Shown in pieces: positions 12,830-24,999 of a stretch of DNA of 64,000 nucleotides. The position numbers and the translations under genes are program-made. Numbering within the stretch: the first letter of the stretch is position 1; each line of letters begins with the position of its first letter. Source of the DNA: Camelus dromedarius (taxonomy: Eukaryota); the NCBI RefSeq assembly GCF_036321535.1, contig NC_087436.1:39248001-39312000 (forward strand), written 5' to 3'. Under the pieces are notes generated by a model. It was not told the DNA's origin. It saw only the letters and a program-made list of their open reading frames with translations, and searched no databases.

Positions 12830-13498
12830 AAGATAGTGAACATATCCATCAATCTGAAAAGAATCCATTCCCTCTTTGTAATCCCCCCACCTCTCTCTGC
12901 TCCGCTCCCCATTTCCAGGCACTTAGTGATCTACTTTCTGTCACTATAGATTAGTTTGCATTTTTTTGTGAAATTTATGGGAATGGAATCTTATAACATG
13001 CACTCTTTTTTGTTTCCCTTCTTTCATTCAGTACAATTATTTTGAGATTTATTTATTTGTTGCATGTAGTTCATTCCTTTTTATTGCTGAGTATTTCATC
13101 ATATGGATAGACCACAATTTGTGTTGTATGAGCTGTTTGTATATTCTGGAAATTAAGCCCTTGTCAGTCATATCTTTTGCATTATATGGATAGGTCACAA
13201 TTTGGGTTAATTTCAGTTTTGAGCCTTTACAAATAAAGCTGTTACGAACATTTGTGTATGAGTCTTTGTATGAATATATATTTTTGTTCTTGGAACTTTA
13301 AAGTCTCTACAAGAAAACTGGAGAAAAATATTCGTGATTTTGATTTTTAAATTTTAGGTTATTCATTAAAGTCTATGCTCCATTTTGAATTTTTTTTAAT
13401 ATGATGTGAGGTAGGAGGTACAGATTGAAGTTAATATTTTGCATGTGGATATCAAATTGTTCCCGTACCATTTGTTGAAAAGACAAGAAAAGTCTGTT

Positions 13499-13500
13499 CC

Positions 13501-13536
<36 letters not shown>
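13499..13536. repeat. (CT)n(AT)n microsatellite
   Basis: Direct reading of the sequence. Confidence 0.9.
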
Positions 13537-14519
13537 GGAATCTCTACTGTCTCCTTAATGTTTTTGTTAATGTCTAATACATATATATACACACACATAT
13601 ATAATGTATATATATACACATATGTATCTGGAATCTCTGTTTTCTTAATGTTTTTGTCTATTTTGATGCTAAACCATACTGATCTGATTATTGTACCTTT
13701 ATAATACATCTTAAAGTCAGATGGTATAAGGCCCCCAACTTTGTTCTTTTTCAAAGTTGTTTTGATTAATATAGGTCTTTGATATTTCCATATGAATTTT
13801 TGAATAGCTAGTCATTTTCTCAAAAAACATCTTGCTGTATTTTGATTGGGGTTGCATAAAATCTATAGATGACTTTGGGAAGAAAGGGCTTTTTAATAAT
13901 ATTAAGGCTTCCAATTCATCAAATCTAAACCAAGAAAACCCTGCCCTCCCCACCTCTAAACAATTGCTCTCGACTCTTGTTTGTGGAGATCAGTGGGACT
14001 CAGAAGTGCTCCTAGGAGGCTGCGGGGTGCTCCAGGGGAAACAGGTTCCTGCTCTCACTGCTGCCACCAACACAGGACCTTGGTGAACAGGATGAGCTCT
14101 CCAGAACTGTTACCCTGGAATAGTGGCAGGCTTCTCTGTATCTCTAAATATCACTGAACTCTTAGATCTAGGGGGAAGGGGAAAGGGAACCCTCTCCTTC
14201 CTCAGGCCTAAAAGTCACCGTAGTTCTTGGCCAATAAAACACTATCTATTTTGATTAATGATAGAAACATCAGTTCCCTTCAAAAGAAAACTCCATCCTT
14301 ATCCATCAGGGTATGATTTTAATTAAAAAATAGGATCATGAAACTGTGTACACATTTTCTCTTATGTGATTAATTTGCTCTTATCCATAGTTTCCTTGTT
14401 ATTCTAGTATATATGCTGATCTGTTTATTTGTTAGTTTATGGTATATTTACTCTGACTAGTACAATTTACAAGTATTATTTAATTTTTTGATATACTAAT
14501 TTAAGAAATACGATTATTT

Positions 14520-14960
14520 GTTGGAAGATGTCCCTACTCCACCCAAAATCAGTGGCTTAAACAAGAGTTTATTTTTCTTTCATGTAACAGCTCAGAGGTA
14601 CACATGGAGTTCAAGGTGAACAGATGGTTCTGGTTCATGGAGATATCCAGGAGCCAGAGATCATTTCATCTTATTTCTTGCCATCAACCCTAAAGGATTG
14701 TCCTCGCCTAGATGATTAATTTTGCTTAACCACTACCATGTCTACATCTCAGCCTGCGGGAAGCTGAGAGAATCAGGATGAAAATTCTAAAGATGACACA
14801 AAAAACATGTGCACATAATTTCCACTCTAGTCAGTGAGTCACAAAATGACAACCAGTTGTAAGGAAGACTGCAGCTGCAGTCTTTGGTGGAGCAATCACA
14901 CACCAGCTAAAACTCAGAAGAATGGATAGGATTCTGTAAAAATAAGCAGTCTCTGCCACA
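14520..14960. mobile_element. Old MaLR LTR (MLT1-like)
   Basis: CCCAAAATCAGTGGCTTAAACAAGAGTTTATT start and GCAGTCTCTGCCACA end motif. Confidence 0.55.
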
Positions 14961-16029
14961 AACGTAATATTCCAAAATCTAAATATATGATATTTTAATT
15001 TATAATTAGCAATATAAAATTGCATTATTTTTCTAGGTAACCAAGTAAATGGATTTGAGGAAGGAATCAAAGGAAGATAATTTCTTCTTGTTAATGATCA
15101 TATATTCCAACACTGACTTCAGTTAGGTTGTTAGTACCATTTCTAATTCTTCCCAACTATTTTAGTGACTAATCAGGTGCTTTTTATCTCTTGATTCAAT
15201 CTTAATACAAGAAGGGAAATACAGAATATCATATAATAAGCTTTCAATATTATGAAGGTGAGAGTACCTTTCTTATAAGCCTTTGGTTACATAAAATGGG
15301 GTTTCATTTACCTCTTAAGTGCCTATTCTCCTGCCTTCTTTACTTAGATCAAGAAAATCAGTGTGATAAAAACTCTGAGTCAGATATCATTCATCAACTG
15401 GAAAATCTTTAAAGTCAACAGGAACATGGCATGAGTAAGGGGTGAGCTATGAATACAGAACTATGGCCATGCAGCTGTCACAACTCAGTCTGCCTCCTAC
15501 TTTTATAGTAGGTCATAAAGCTACATTTGTTGTTTCTCCTTAAACCTGAGCCACCATCAAGAAAACTTACGTGAAACCAGATGATTGAAGGATAAATTTC
15601 TGAGGCCTAAAATCTCACTGAGACTCTGTAAAATAAACGTTTTCTGAATCTCAGATTCTTTATGATGAAATGTTGTCTCCCATATAAAAAATATATGAAA
15701 ATTGAGTCAGATCATGTCATTCCTCAGTTCAAAATCTGAAGTGACCCCTTCGAAAAAACAGAATGAAACCCAAACTCTTTAAATGGCCTAAAGGATGCTA
15801 TGCCAGCTGCTTCCCCTCTTTACCTCTTGGCTCTCCTCTCCTATAACTTTCCCCTCATTGTCTCTGCTTCAGCCTTGCTGGCCTCCTTCTCCCCCTGGAG
15901 CATGTCATGCACCCTCCTTTTTAACATGGGGACTTTGGAGGGGGGTGCACTCCTTTCTGCCTGGAATGCCCTGCCCCCAGGTGATCTGCATATTTGACTC
16001 CATGATCTCCTTCAAGGCTTTGTTCGGAT

Positions 16030-16520
16030 CTTGCCTTCTCTGTGATGCTCTGTGCATTCAGGTCCCCTGGAAAGCAGACATCAATGTCGAATTAGACATA
16101 CAAGAGAGTTATTGAGGGAAACAAGTGTGAACAACAGAAGACAGAGGGAACAGGAGCAGGAGAGAAAGATTTAGGTGCCATGAAGATCCAACACCTGTGA
16201 AAAGAGGTGGAGGAAGTGGGAGGATTGGATAGGATGAGCCTCAGATTGCGGCTCTGAGAAAGTCTCAATCAGGGCAATGGGAGCCCCAGAGGAAAGATTT
16301 CTTACTAGAGGACTCCCATGTTGGGCAGAAATACTATGACTTTAGTATTCCCACCATTGCTTGGTCATTGGCTTGGAACTTCTGAGAGTGTTTGCTTTGG
16401 GATGAATGCTGCAGTAAGCCCGAAGGCATAACAGTTGAAGGCTGACAGCCCCTTCAATTCCTTAGAGCAGGTTATCTTGAAGAGAGATTTGAGTGGCTCA
16501 CCTCCTGGGCCCACGGAGCC
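16030..16520. mobile_element. ERVL-class LTR fragment (LTR16/33-like) within L2 remnants
   Basis: AGGTCCCCTGGAAAGCAGAC...TTATTGAGGGAA motif. Flanked by L2-like CTTTCTGCCTGGAATGCCC and TCAGATCATGTCATTCC. Confidence 0.45.
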
Positions 16521-17126
16521 CTACTCTACCCCGTGTAATACTATAATTGTTTAATTACCCCATTTAATGCTGCTCACCACCAGCTGGGCATTCCCAATCC
16601 TCCTTTCCCTGCTCTGTTTTCCTTTATTCCATAGCACTTCATTTATTTTATATCCTTTCATGTTCATGATCACAATGAAAAGAATGTATATCTCACATTT
16701 ACAACAAATAAGACAAGGTTAGTAAGCTTAGAAACTGCACCGTTGTAGGTTTCCCTGAGATTTCATCTTTAGACTTTATATACGTATGTTCAATTGTCAC
16801 AAATATGCTATTAATAATGATGATTATGATGATGGGACTGTAAGAACAACATTATTGAGTACTTATGTGCCAAACACTGTACTAAGTGCTTTGCCTGAAT
16901 TATCTCATTTAATCCCCACAACAGTCTTTGAAGTTAGTGTTATTATCACTCTAATCTGTGCAGATGAGGATATTGAGGTTTACACAGGGAACACACTCCC
17001 TCTACCAGGAGATATCTTTTACTTTCCAAGTCTGGGTTAAGTGTCTCTTCCTACATTTTCCTATGGCAACTTGTGTCTCTTCACAGAATGCTAATCCACT
17101 GAACCATAACTGTAGGTCCAACAGAT

Positions 17127-17480
17127 CAGGGGTTGGTAAGCTTTTTCTGTAAAGGGCCAGGTAGTCTATATTTCAGGTTTTGTGGGCCTTGTGGACTCTG
17201 TCACAACTACACAACTCTGCTATTGTAGTGCAAAAGCAACCACAGAGTACGTTAATGAAAAGCATGGCTGTGTTCCAATAAAACTTTATTTATGGGCATT
17301 GAAATGTGAATTTCATATAATTTCCATGGGTCACAAAATATTATTCTTCTTTTGATTTTTTCAACCAATAAAAATGTAAAAGTCACTCTCAGCTTGCTAC
17401 AGAAACAGACAAGTGTAAAAATCATTCTTAGCTTGCTACAAAAACAAAACAAAACAGGTTTTGTATTTTGCCCATCCCTA
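17127..17480. mobile_element. MER58B-like hAT-Charlie MITE
   Basis: CAGGGGTTGGTAAGCTTTTTCTGTAAAGGGCCAG...GGCTGTGTTCCAATAAAACTTTATTTATGG...TTTGCCCATCCCT. Confidence 0.8.
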
Positions 17481-18016
17481 TACTATTACGTGAACTATTC
17501 ACAGCCAATGCAGTATCACATCTGTGGCACTTAGTACAGCATCCAGCTTATAGTGGATGCTTAATAAATAATTTTTGTATGAATAAAACTCACATAGCTA
17601 GCAGTGAGTGACAGTGTTACCATTCAAACCTGAGTCAACTGGTTTGGCAGTGTAATGTCACACTACCCACTCTGTGGCCAAAGCCATAAGTGATGAAGTT
17701 CACTCAGAGCAAGATACCAAGATATTCAAAAAGTAATTCTACCTAGGAGTCAAAGTGCTGGGTCATATGGTAACTCTATGTTTAATTTTGTTCTATTTCT
17801 TTTTCTTCTCCTTTTTTTTTTTAAACTGAAGTATTGTCATTCTCAGCAGACTTCAATTTTAATTAGCTTGGTTTTTTAAGGGGGTGAGATTGCATGTTTT
17901 ACTTTAAAAATAAAATCTCATACAGAATAACAACATTGCATAGTTGCTGAGAGCACAGCCTTTGGGGCCAGATTGTCTGAGTTTATTTTTTTTAAGTACA
18001 TTATGTTTTTCAAGTT

Positions 18017-18525
18017 CCCAAGAGAAATGAAAACATATATCCAAACAAAAACTTTTATAGGAATGTTCATGGCAGCATTATTCATAATAGCTGGAAGAGG
18101 AAAGGAAGCAACCTAAATGTCCATCAGATGATGAATGGATAAAGGAAATGTGCTATATCCATACAATGGAATATTATTTGGCAATAAAAAGGAGAGACGT
18201 ACTGATACCTACTACAACATGAATGAACTTGTGAAATGATTGTCACAAAGGACCACATGTTGTATGATTCCATTTATATGAAATGTCCAGAATAGGTAGA
18301 CCTATAGATAGAAAGTAGGTCAGTGGTTTCCTAGGGCTGTGGAATGGGAAGGTAGGGGGAAAGGGGAGTGACTGCTAATGGATGGGATTTATTGGAGAGG
18401 GATCAAAGTGTTCTAAAATTGATTGTGGTGATGGGTATACAACTCTGCACATCCTAAAAGCCACTGGACTGTATATTTTAAATGGGCGATTGTTAATTAC
18501 ATCTCAATAAAGCTGTAAAGCTGTT
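18017..18525 (+). mobile_element. L1MB-type 3' end
   Basis: CCTAAATGTCCATCAGATGATGAATGGATAAA...ATGATTCCATTTATATGAAATGTCCAGAATAGG...TCTCAATAAAGCTG. Confidence 0.85.
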
Positions 18526-20879
18526 TTTTTTTTTTTTTAAATAATTCCAGAAACACCTGGGTGTTGGGCCTTGATAAACACTTGAACTCTACTGTTACTG
18601 TTACTGGTTGCTACTCAACTTAGCTTACCATGTATCTTTTCTCCTAGCCCCCTTTAACTTGGCCTAATTTATTGTGATTCCAGTATTTAACATAGTCCAG
18701 GTCTTGGCCATTTCAGTTTTTTAAATATATAGCTTCTTCAAACTGTAGTTTTGGAATCAGCAATCTCCAAACTTCTTAAGTTATGTAAATGCTTAGAGTA
18801 TCATAGTTCTGACGTTACAAAGGCCACCTATTAGACAGAACCCTGAATATTGCGAGGAAATTCCTTCTCTTTCTATGTAGTCATTTGCAGAGTTGACTCT
18901 CTTCTTTCTTTTTCTTTTAAAGTTAGAACACAGAACCCTAGCACATAGACATTCCACGTGACCTCACTTTTTCTCAATTAGTTACCAGGGTGATCAAATT
19001 AATTACATATGGAACCTCAGAGGCGGATCTGAGGTGGAAACAGCTCAGGTAAGATGCAGGAAGGCTGTGAATCCGGGCTGACCCTCAGGTCTAGTGAAGG
19101 CCAATGACTCAACCACAGAAATAAGATAAGAAGTTAATCACCTAAGGGATGGGCACTTGGGGCCATGAGAAGGGAAGCAGGACTGGAACCAGAAGTCCAG
19201 GTCAAAAGAAAAAGAAATTTGTGATTAGTAACTCCAATCACTGGTGGAAATGTGTGGTCAATTAATATTTTAGTTATTTGAAAGCTTGAATATAAAGTAG
19301 TAATGAGAAAAAGACAGAACCAGTTAACAGAGAATAGCAAATCAGAAAGAAAAAAATACGAGGCGAAAAGAACTTTAGAATTATAATCAGAAGGCATGAC
19401 TTCCAACTGACTCTAAGATTAGTAAGTCATTTTCATTTCCTGAACCTCAGTTTATTAATCCATAAAATGACTGAGTTGAATTTAGTCCTCACTGAATGCT
19501 GAACTGAATATCCGTCTCTGTAAAATCCCTTACAGCTTTAAGCATTTAGGCATTCCAAACTGTCTTAGAACTGAAACCACTAGTTGTTTGTTCTGATGCT
19601 ACTGAGCAAGGGAGAGAACAAATGTACAAATTCAAATTTAGTGGTCTTACAGGGGCCACAAGCCAACTAAGTCATCATATGGTGTTCCTATTTCCAAGGG
19701 ACTCTACTCTCTCCTACACTGTGACATAGCTGTGATACAAAGACTTTTTTTTTTAAATTGCTTTTACAAGTTGTACTGCTTCAACACAGGCCAAAGCTTC
19801 TTAAATACCATCAAACATTTCCATCATATTTAGAATATAGAAACAAATTTAAAACAAAATTTTCATTGTGGATTTTCAAAACTGACCGGTATCAAAGCTG
19901 GACATAGGCAGGACATCACAGCTTAACATCCTCTAAAAGGAAAATGGGGAAAGGGACCATTTGTCTTCACTGGGCTGGAACAACATAAAATGCCTGCAAA
20001 ACCCATGGAGCATTTCAGCAGAAGCATCGTTCCCATGTAAGTTTTTACTTATGCATTTCATCAGTAAAGGAATTTGTCAAGTAGCTTTTACCTTCTTGTA
20101 GCCCAGAAGAAAGTATATTTTGAAAACAAAACACTGATTTGGTTTTACTTTCCTAAGTTTGAGCGAAGTGGTAGCTATACGAAACCTCAGGTTAACTGAA
20201 GGCTTTTCTATGTAGCAGTGGGAGGTTGTGAGAAAGCAGCCAGATGGTCCTGATTTTTAAGGCTAGATAGAGAGGTCAAGTTCCAGGCCTTACATAGGTT
20301 GCCGTTTTTCTCAGCTGTTTCTCATAGCACAGTGAGCTAATGCGCGTAGCAATCCCTATTTTGGGGTGGGATCAGCCATCCTATTTCACAATGAATATGT
20401 AGACCTTCATTGAAGGAATACACAGAATTCTGGCAATCCCAGTTTCACTGAAGACACCTTTCCCCATACTTTTCAGCTGGGGCATCTTTTCCTCCTCTTT
20501 TTGTGCCGCGTAGTCCGCTGCCGTGGGCGTTCCTTCCTCTGTAGTGCATCGCACGAGTGCGTCATCATATTGTCCGTGTACACGTGCCAGATTCGCCCTT
20601 AGACTGAAATCTCTTCGAGATCCGGAAGCGTATACCCTCCTATATTGGCGGTGCAGTATCTGAAGTAGCCTAGTTACTTAAGTAATATGTAATGAATGAA
20701 TAGCTGAATTTGCCACCTGTTGAATGAAAGAATGAATGAACCCTCAATACGAACTCCCTCCTTCCTGTGGGGCTCCATAGTGAAAATGCTGCTCTGATTT
20801 AGCAACAGCGTTAAAATCTTTAACTTGTTGGACGGAAACGAACAAACAACACGGACAGGAAAGGGAGAAAAGAGAAAAA

Positions 20880-21350
20880 AGGGAGGACGGGCGGCCAATA
20901 GGCGGCCGGCGCTGGGTGGCCGGCCCCGCCGCAGGCCCCGCCCCCGCCCTGTCGGCGTCTGTGCGCGTGCGCCGGCGGGAGCGCGGCCGCTGATCGGAGC
21001 CGGGGCTCCGGGGGCGCGCAGCCGGGAGAGTGTTTGACGTGGCAGTTCCCAGCCCAGCTGTAACTCCGCGAAAGAGAACAGCCTGTGGGGACACCCGCCG
21101 CAGGAAAGGCGCGGGAGCAGCGGCCGCTGCGGGAGCTGGGTCACGGGAGCAACCGGCACTGGGAGCAGAGCTCGGGGTCTCTGAAGCCCGGCGGCAAGTG
21201 GGAGTCGACCAGGTAATGCCTTGCTCAGCCTAGTTGAGCTCAGGCGGGACCCCCTCCCCAGGCACAGCTGGAGTTGGGTGAGGTGCCCGGCCTGGGGTGG
21301 CGGGTGGCGTGAGGTTGGATGCTAACCTGTGGCAGGGCAGCGGAGGCGAC
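20880..21350 (+). promoter_or_regulatory. SEC24D: CpG-island, TATA-less promoter of SEC24D
   Basis: Sharp rise in GC and CpG. CCAAT box at 20895-20899, GC boxes (GGGCGG 20889-20894; CCCCGCCCCCGCCC 20936-20949), UPRE TGACGTGG at 21035-21042. Confidence 0.9.
21035..21212 (+). other. SEC24D: SEC24D exon 1 (non-coding 5' UTR; start approximate)
   Basis: Lies inside the CpG island, contains no ATG, and ends at donor CAG|GTAATG (21212/21213). An in-frame TGA at 21182-21184 lies upstream of the main ATG after splicing. Confidence 0.75.
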
Positions 21351-23414
21351 CTCCTCCTTTGCTCCTTTAGCCCTTTGGTGCAGTTCAATAATGGGGGTGG
21401 GGTGGGTGGGCGTGGGCATTTTTTACCCGCCCTCGCCCCATCTTTGTGTCTAGGGATACTAGAGCTCCCTGGTTGGGTCCTCAGTAGCCACAGTATTCTA
21501 ATAACAGGCCAGCGGTTTTCTTGTCTCCGTATTAACTTAATTTCCTCTTCCTTGGAGGAAGGGAGTGTTGTAAATACTCATAGTAATGATGGCAACTGTA
21601 TCTTGAAGCTTCAGGACAGCCTGATAGTGAAACTGATTTGTCCAAATCCGAACTTGATCGTGGGTGAGAAGTGCACCGTGGCTGGAATGGTCGAGTGATA
21701 GTGGACTGGGGGTTGTTCTGGGATTGAAGCTCCCCAGATTTTGATCTTAGGCCTGCTCGTGCCAGGTGGCTTTCTGCCATGTTGCCACTTGAAGCTGAGT
21801 CAGGTTTCTATAACTTGGTGCTCCGTGTGAGGAAGTTTGACGTGGCACACTGGGTTGCGTGAGGAAGCAGATTCCTGCCAGGACCAGTTAAGAGGGACCC
21901 AACTGCTTCCTGCGCTTTGGAGTGAACATCCCTACCTTTCCTTTCTGTCACCCAGCAACAGGCAGCTACGTAGGTGTGTTCCTGCTGACTTTCTAAGTGT
22001 GCTTGGTTGGATGAGCTTGACCAAAGCTCAGGCTGCCACGTCTCTTTCTGCTAAGTGGGAGGAGGGAAAATGTGTTGTCAGTAACAATGTGGACCGGCAG
22101 GCCTATTTCTCCTCTCTTCAGAGCTCTGCTTCCAGGAAGAAAGTGATCTTTTAAGATTTGTACTTCATTGCTTTAGTTTTGGAAGCATAGTTTATATGAA
22201 AACGAAACCAAATGATGGCATGTACTTTCCTGAATATAGATCTATTTCAAATCTTAGCAGGTTTCATTGAACTTTTACCTTAAAAGGTAATATCATAAAA
22301 TAACAAAAGGAAGAATATTCCTATGCTGGGTGAAAAAACTGGAGAGAAATTGCAGACTCGTTGTTCTATATCTGGAAAGGCTTTTAGAGGCTTCATTTTG
22401 TAAGAGGGAACTGAGGCCCAGAGAGTTTCACCAGCTTATTTCATGCCACACAGCTAAGTATTGGCAGATTAGTAGTGAAAACCCACTTTTTTCAGCCAGG
22501 ATTCAGAGCTTTTTCTGTTATAAAAATTTTTGAGAATATTTCTATGAAATATTTCTTATTTATGAAACCTGGAAAAAATGGAGAACTTAAATTGATGTTT
22601 AGGTTCTGAGTAGAATCAAGATGAATCTGTTGTATTTTTGAGTTGTGTGTGTGTGCCTAGACACATGAAATTGACTTTTTCCCTTAGTTCCTTAAATATA
22701 TATGCATATATATTTCTTAGAGGTAAGATATTTAAATCAGAAAGGAAAGTTTCATCTTTGACTGAGAAACCACTGACAACTCTCAAATAGTTGTAGGCAA
22801 TATATAGTTGTCATCAATATAAGACTCATAAAATCAGTCCATTATCAGCTTATCTTCTGCTGTATTTGTTGGACTATTGATTTCTCTTTATCCTAACTGG
22901 CTGGTTAAAATTACTAATCAGGATAGCACTAAAATGACACAAGTCAAAACATCTGATTGCAGACTAACAGCAGTTCTGCTGGTCAATCAGTTGAATGACG
23001 TGTGATTATTGTGATTATCTGTGCTTAAACAGGGCTGGGGGAACCAAAGGCACCAAAATAGTAGATGCACTTATGAGAGACTGTGAATGAAAAAATCTGT
23101 GAATGAAAAAATAATTGGCAGCTGTTATTCATGTTTTCGTGCCTGGGAATTTGCCTAGGACTGTAGAAGTGAGTTACTGAGTTCCACAGAGCTATGGTTA
23201 GAGCCTTTGTAGCAGATAATGATACTATGTGTTGTATGATAGGAAGCTGTCTCATGCACCTGATAGTTGTACCTTTCCTCAAACCATCATGCACATTTAT
23301 TAACAGTGTTTGTAGTTTTAATAGCATTAAGTGACTCAAACCTTCTTGTTGACATTTTTTTCTTCTTTTGCAGGGTTCTTTTATAGAACTATTCCTTGGA
23401 ATGATATTTCCATA

Positions 23415-23532
23415 ATGAGTCAACAAGGTTATGTGGCTACACCCCCCTATTCTCAGTCCCAGCCTGGAATAGGCCTTTCTCCACCAAATTACGGGCACTA
23501 TGGAGACCCATCTCATACAGGTTCTCCACCAG
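23415..23532 (+). CDS. SEC24D: SEC24D exon 2 coding part (exon starts 23374 with 41 nt UTR): [39 protein letters not shown](G)
   Basis: Acceptor TTTTGCAG|G at 23373/23374, ATG at 23415 with A at -3, donor CAG|GTAAAG; 118 coding nt. Confidence 0.95.
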
Positions 23533-24999
23533 GTAAAGTGCATTATTTTGACTTGAATGTGATTATTGAATCTCAAGCTCAGAGACATAAGGTGTTCTGA
23601 AAGAGCTTCTTTGGGAGAGCTGAATGGTCATTATATGCAATGTAATGTTCTGAGGTAATAGGATTGTTTGGAAAAGTCTACCTCATCAGTTTGGTTATGG
23701 CATGAAATACAACACATTTGTTTTTTAAATATAGATTAAAATAAAGAGACTTTCTGGTGTTTTGTTTTTACTGTTAGAGTTTCTATTGCTATTAATCAGT
23801 GGCATGAGGTTGTTGTAAGCTCTCAATAAAAAAACAAATTTTTTATATATATATACACACTAATTACTAAATATATGGATATTAAATTTTTGTGTGTATA
23901 TATATATATGTACACACACCAAAGTGGTTTTGGCAATCATATCATAAAATCAATTTTGATATTGGAAAAATATCATTAGATTTCTACACTAAAGATTATT
24001 CAATGATAATTATAACAAGAAAAAACATAGCCTTGTCTTGAAATCATTATTGAATAATATTGGTTGCTTTAAAATATGGTACCCAGCACGGAATCTTGGC
24101 TTTTGAGGCAGAGGTAGGAGAAGGAGTGATGGGTGGGACTACTGTTGCTCTGATGGCAGTTGACATAGTAAGGTCACCTCCCATTATCAAAGGCCTGCTC
24201 TGAGGGACCAAGTTTCAGGGTCAGAGGTGAGGCTAGTCATAGCTTGTTTCAGTACTGATGATCCCAAATTCCCTAAAAATATTTATGTAAGACAGTTCTT
24301 GGAAATTCTGGAATCCAACTAAAATCCTTGGTGGAAATGGGCTATATATAAATCAGTGAGTGCCTCTTGGGGTTCCCCAGGACGGGCTCAGATGTGTGGC
24401 ATCCAGGCTGCACTGGGCAGCATGTATGGAGTGCAGGGTCAGCGAGGGGTTAGGAAGGCCCTCTAGGGAGGCTTGGTGGTAGCAGCCACACAGTTTGCTG
24501 CAGAAGATGCTCTAAGATTGTAAATTTCCTGTGGGATGCCACTCTTATGACTTAGTCTGCCCATAATTTTCAAAGACCTCCAGATGCGGTGGCATCCTCC
24601 TCTTGTTCAGGACCAGTCATCCCTGTAACATTTATAGCTCCGGATCCTGTAGGAACCATTTAACCCCTCTTTCTCCAGTTTCTTTCTATCTGCTGGTTCA
24701 TTCCCCCTCTGCATTTGTGTGTAACGATAACTGTACATTACTCTTTTTTTTGAGTGCTTACCATATATCAAAAAGGTCCTAAAAGATTTACATGTTATTA
24801 TCTTCTTTAATCCTCGAGCAATGCTATGCAGTAGATTATTAGTCCCATTCTGCAGCTAAGAAAACCAAATGTCTGGTACACTGCGACTTATTCAAGGTCA
24901 CAGAGCTGGTGATGTAGCTAGGATTCATACCCAGGTCCCTCAAGAAAACAAATAAACTCCAATACACACCCAAGTATAGCACTCAGTATTATTCATCTT

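Larger units (their letters stand above)
10750..13930 (-). mobile_element. Older L1M(B/E)-type fragments (host of the inverted L1)
   Basis: AACCATTATCACAATCAAGATAATGAA|CATATCCATC is continuous across the insertion. The remnant ORF 13452-13754 (KKNKVGGLIPSDFKMYYKGTII) is L1 ORF2-like. Confidence 0.75.

Noticed and set aside
20674..21233. Several GC-rich ORFs (Arg/Gly/Pro/Ala-rich) in the promoter
   Set aside because: Stop codons are depleted in CpG islands, several lack a true ATG, and none shows protein homology.
23025..23588. 187-aa minus-strand ORF antisense to SEC24D exon 2
   Set aside because: No recognisable domain and no splice or promoter support. It partly mirrors the coding exon and is most likely a chance ORF.
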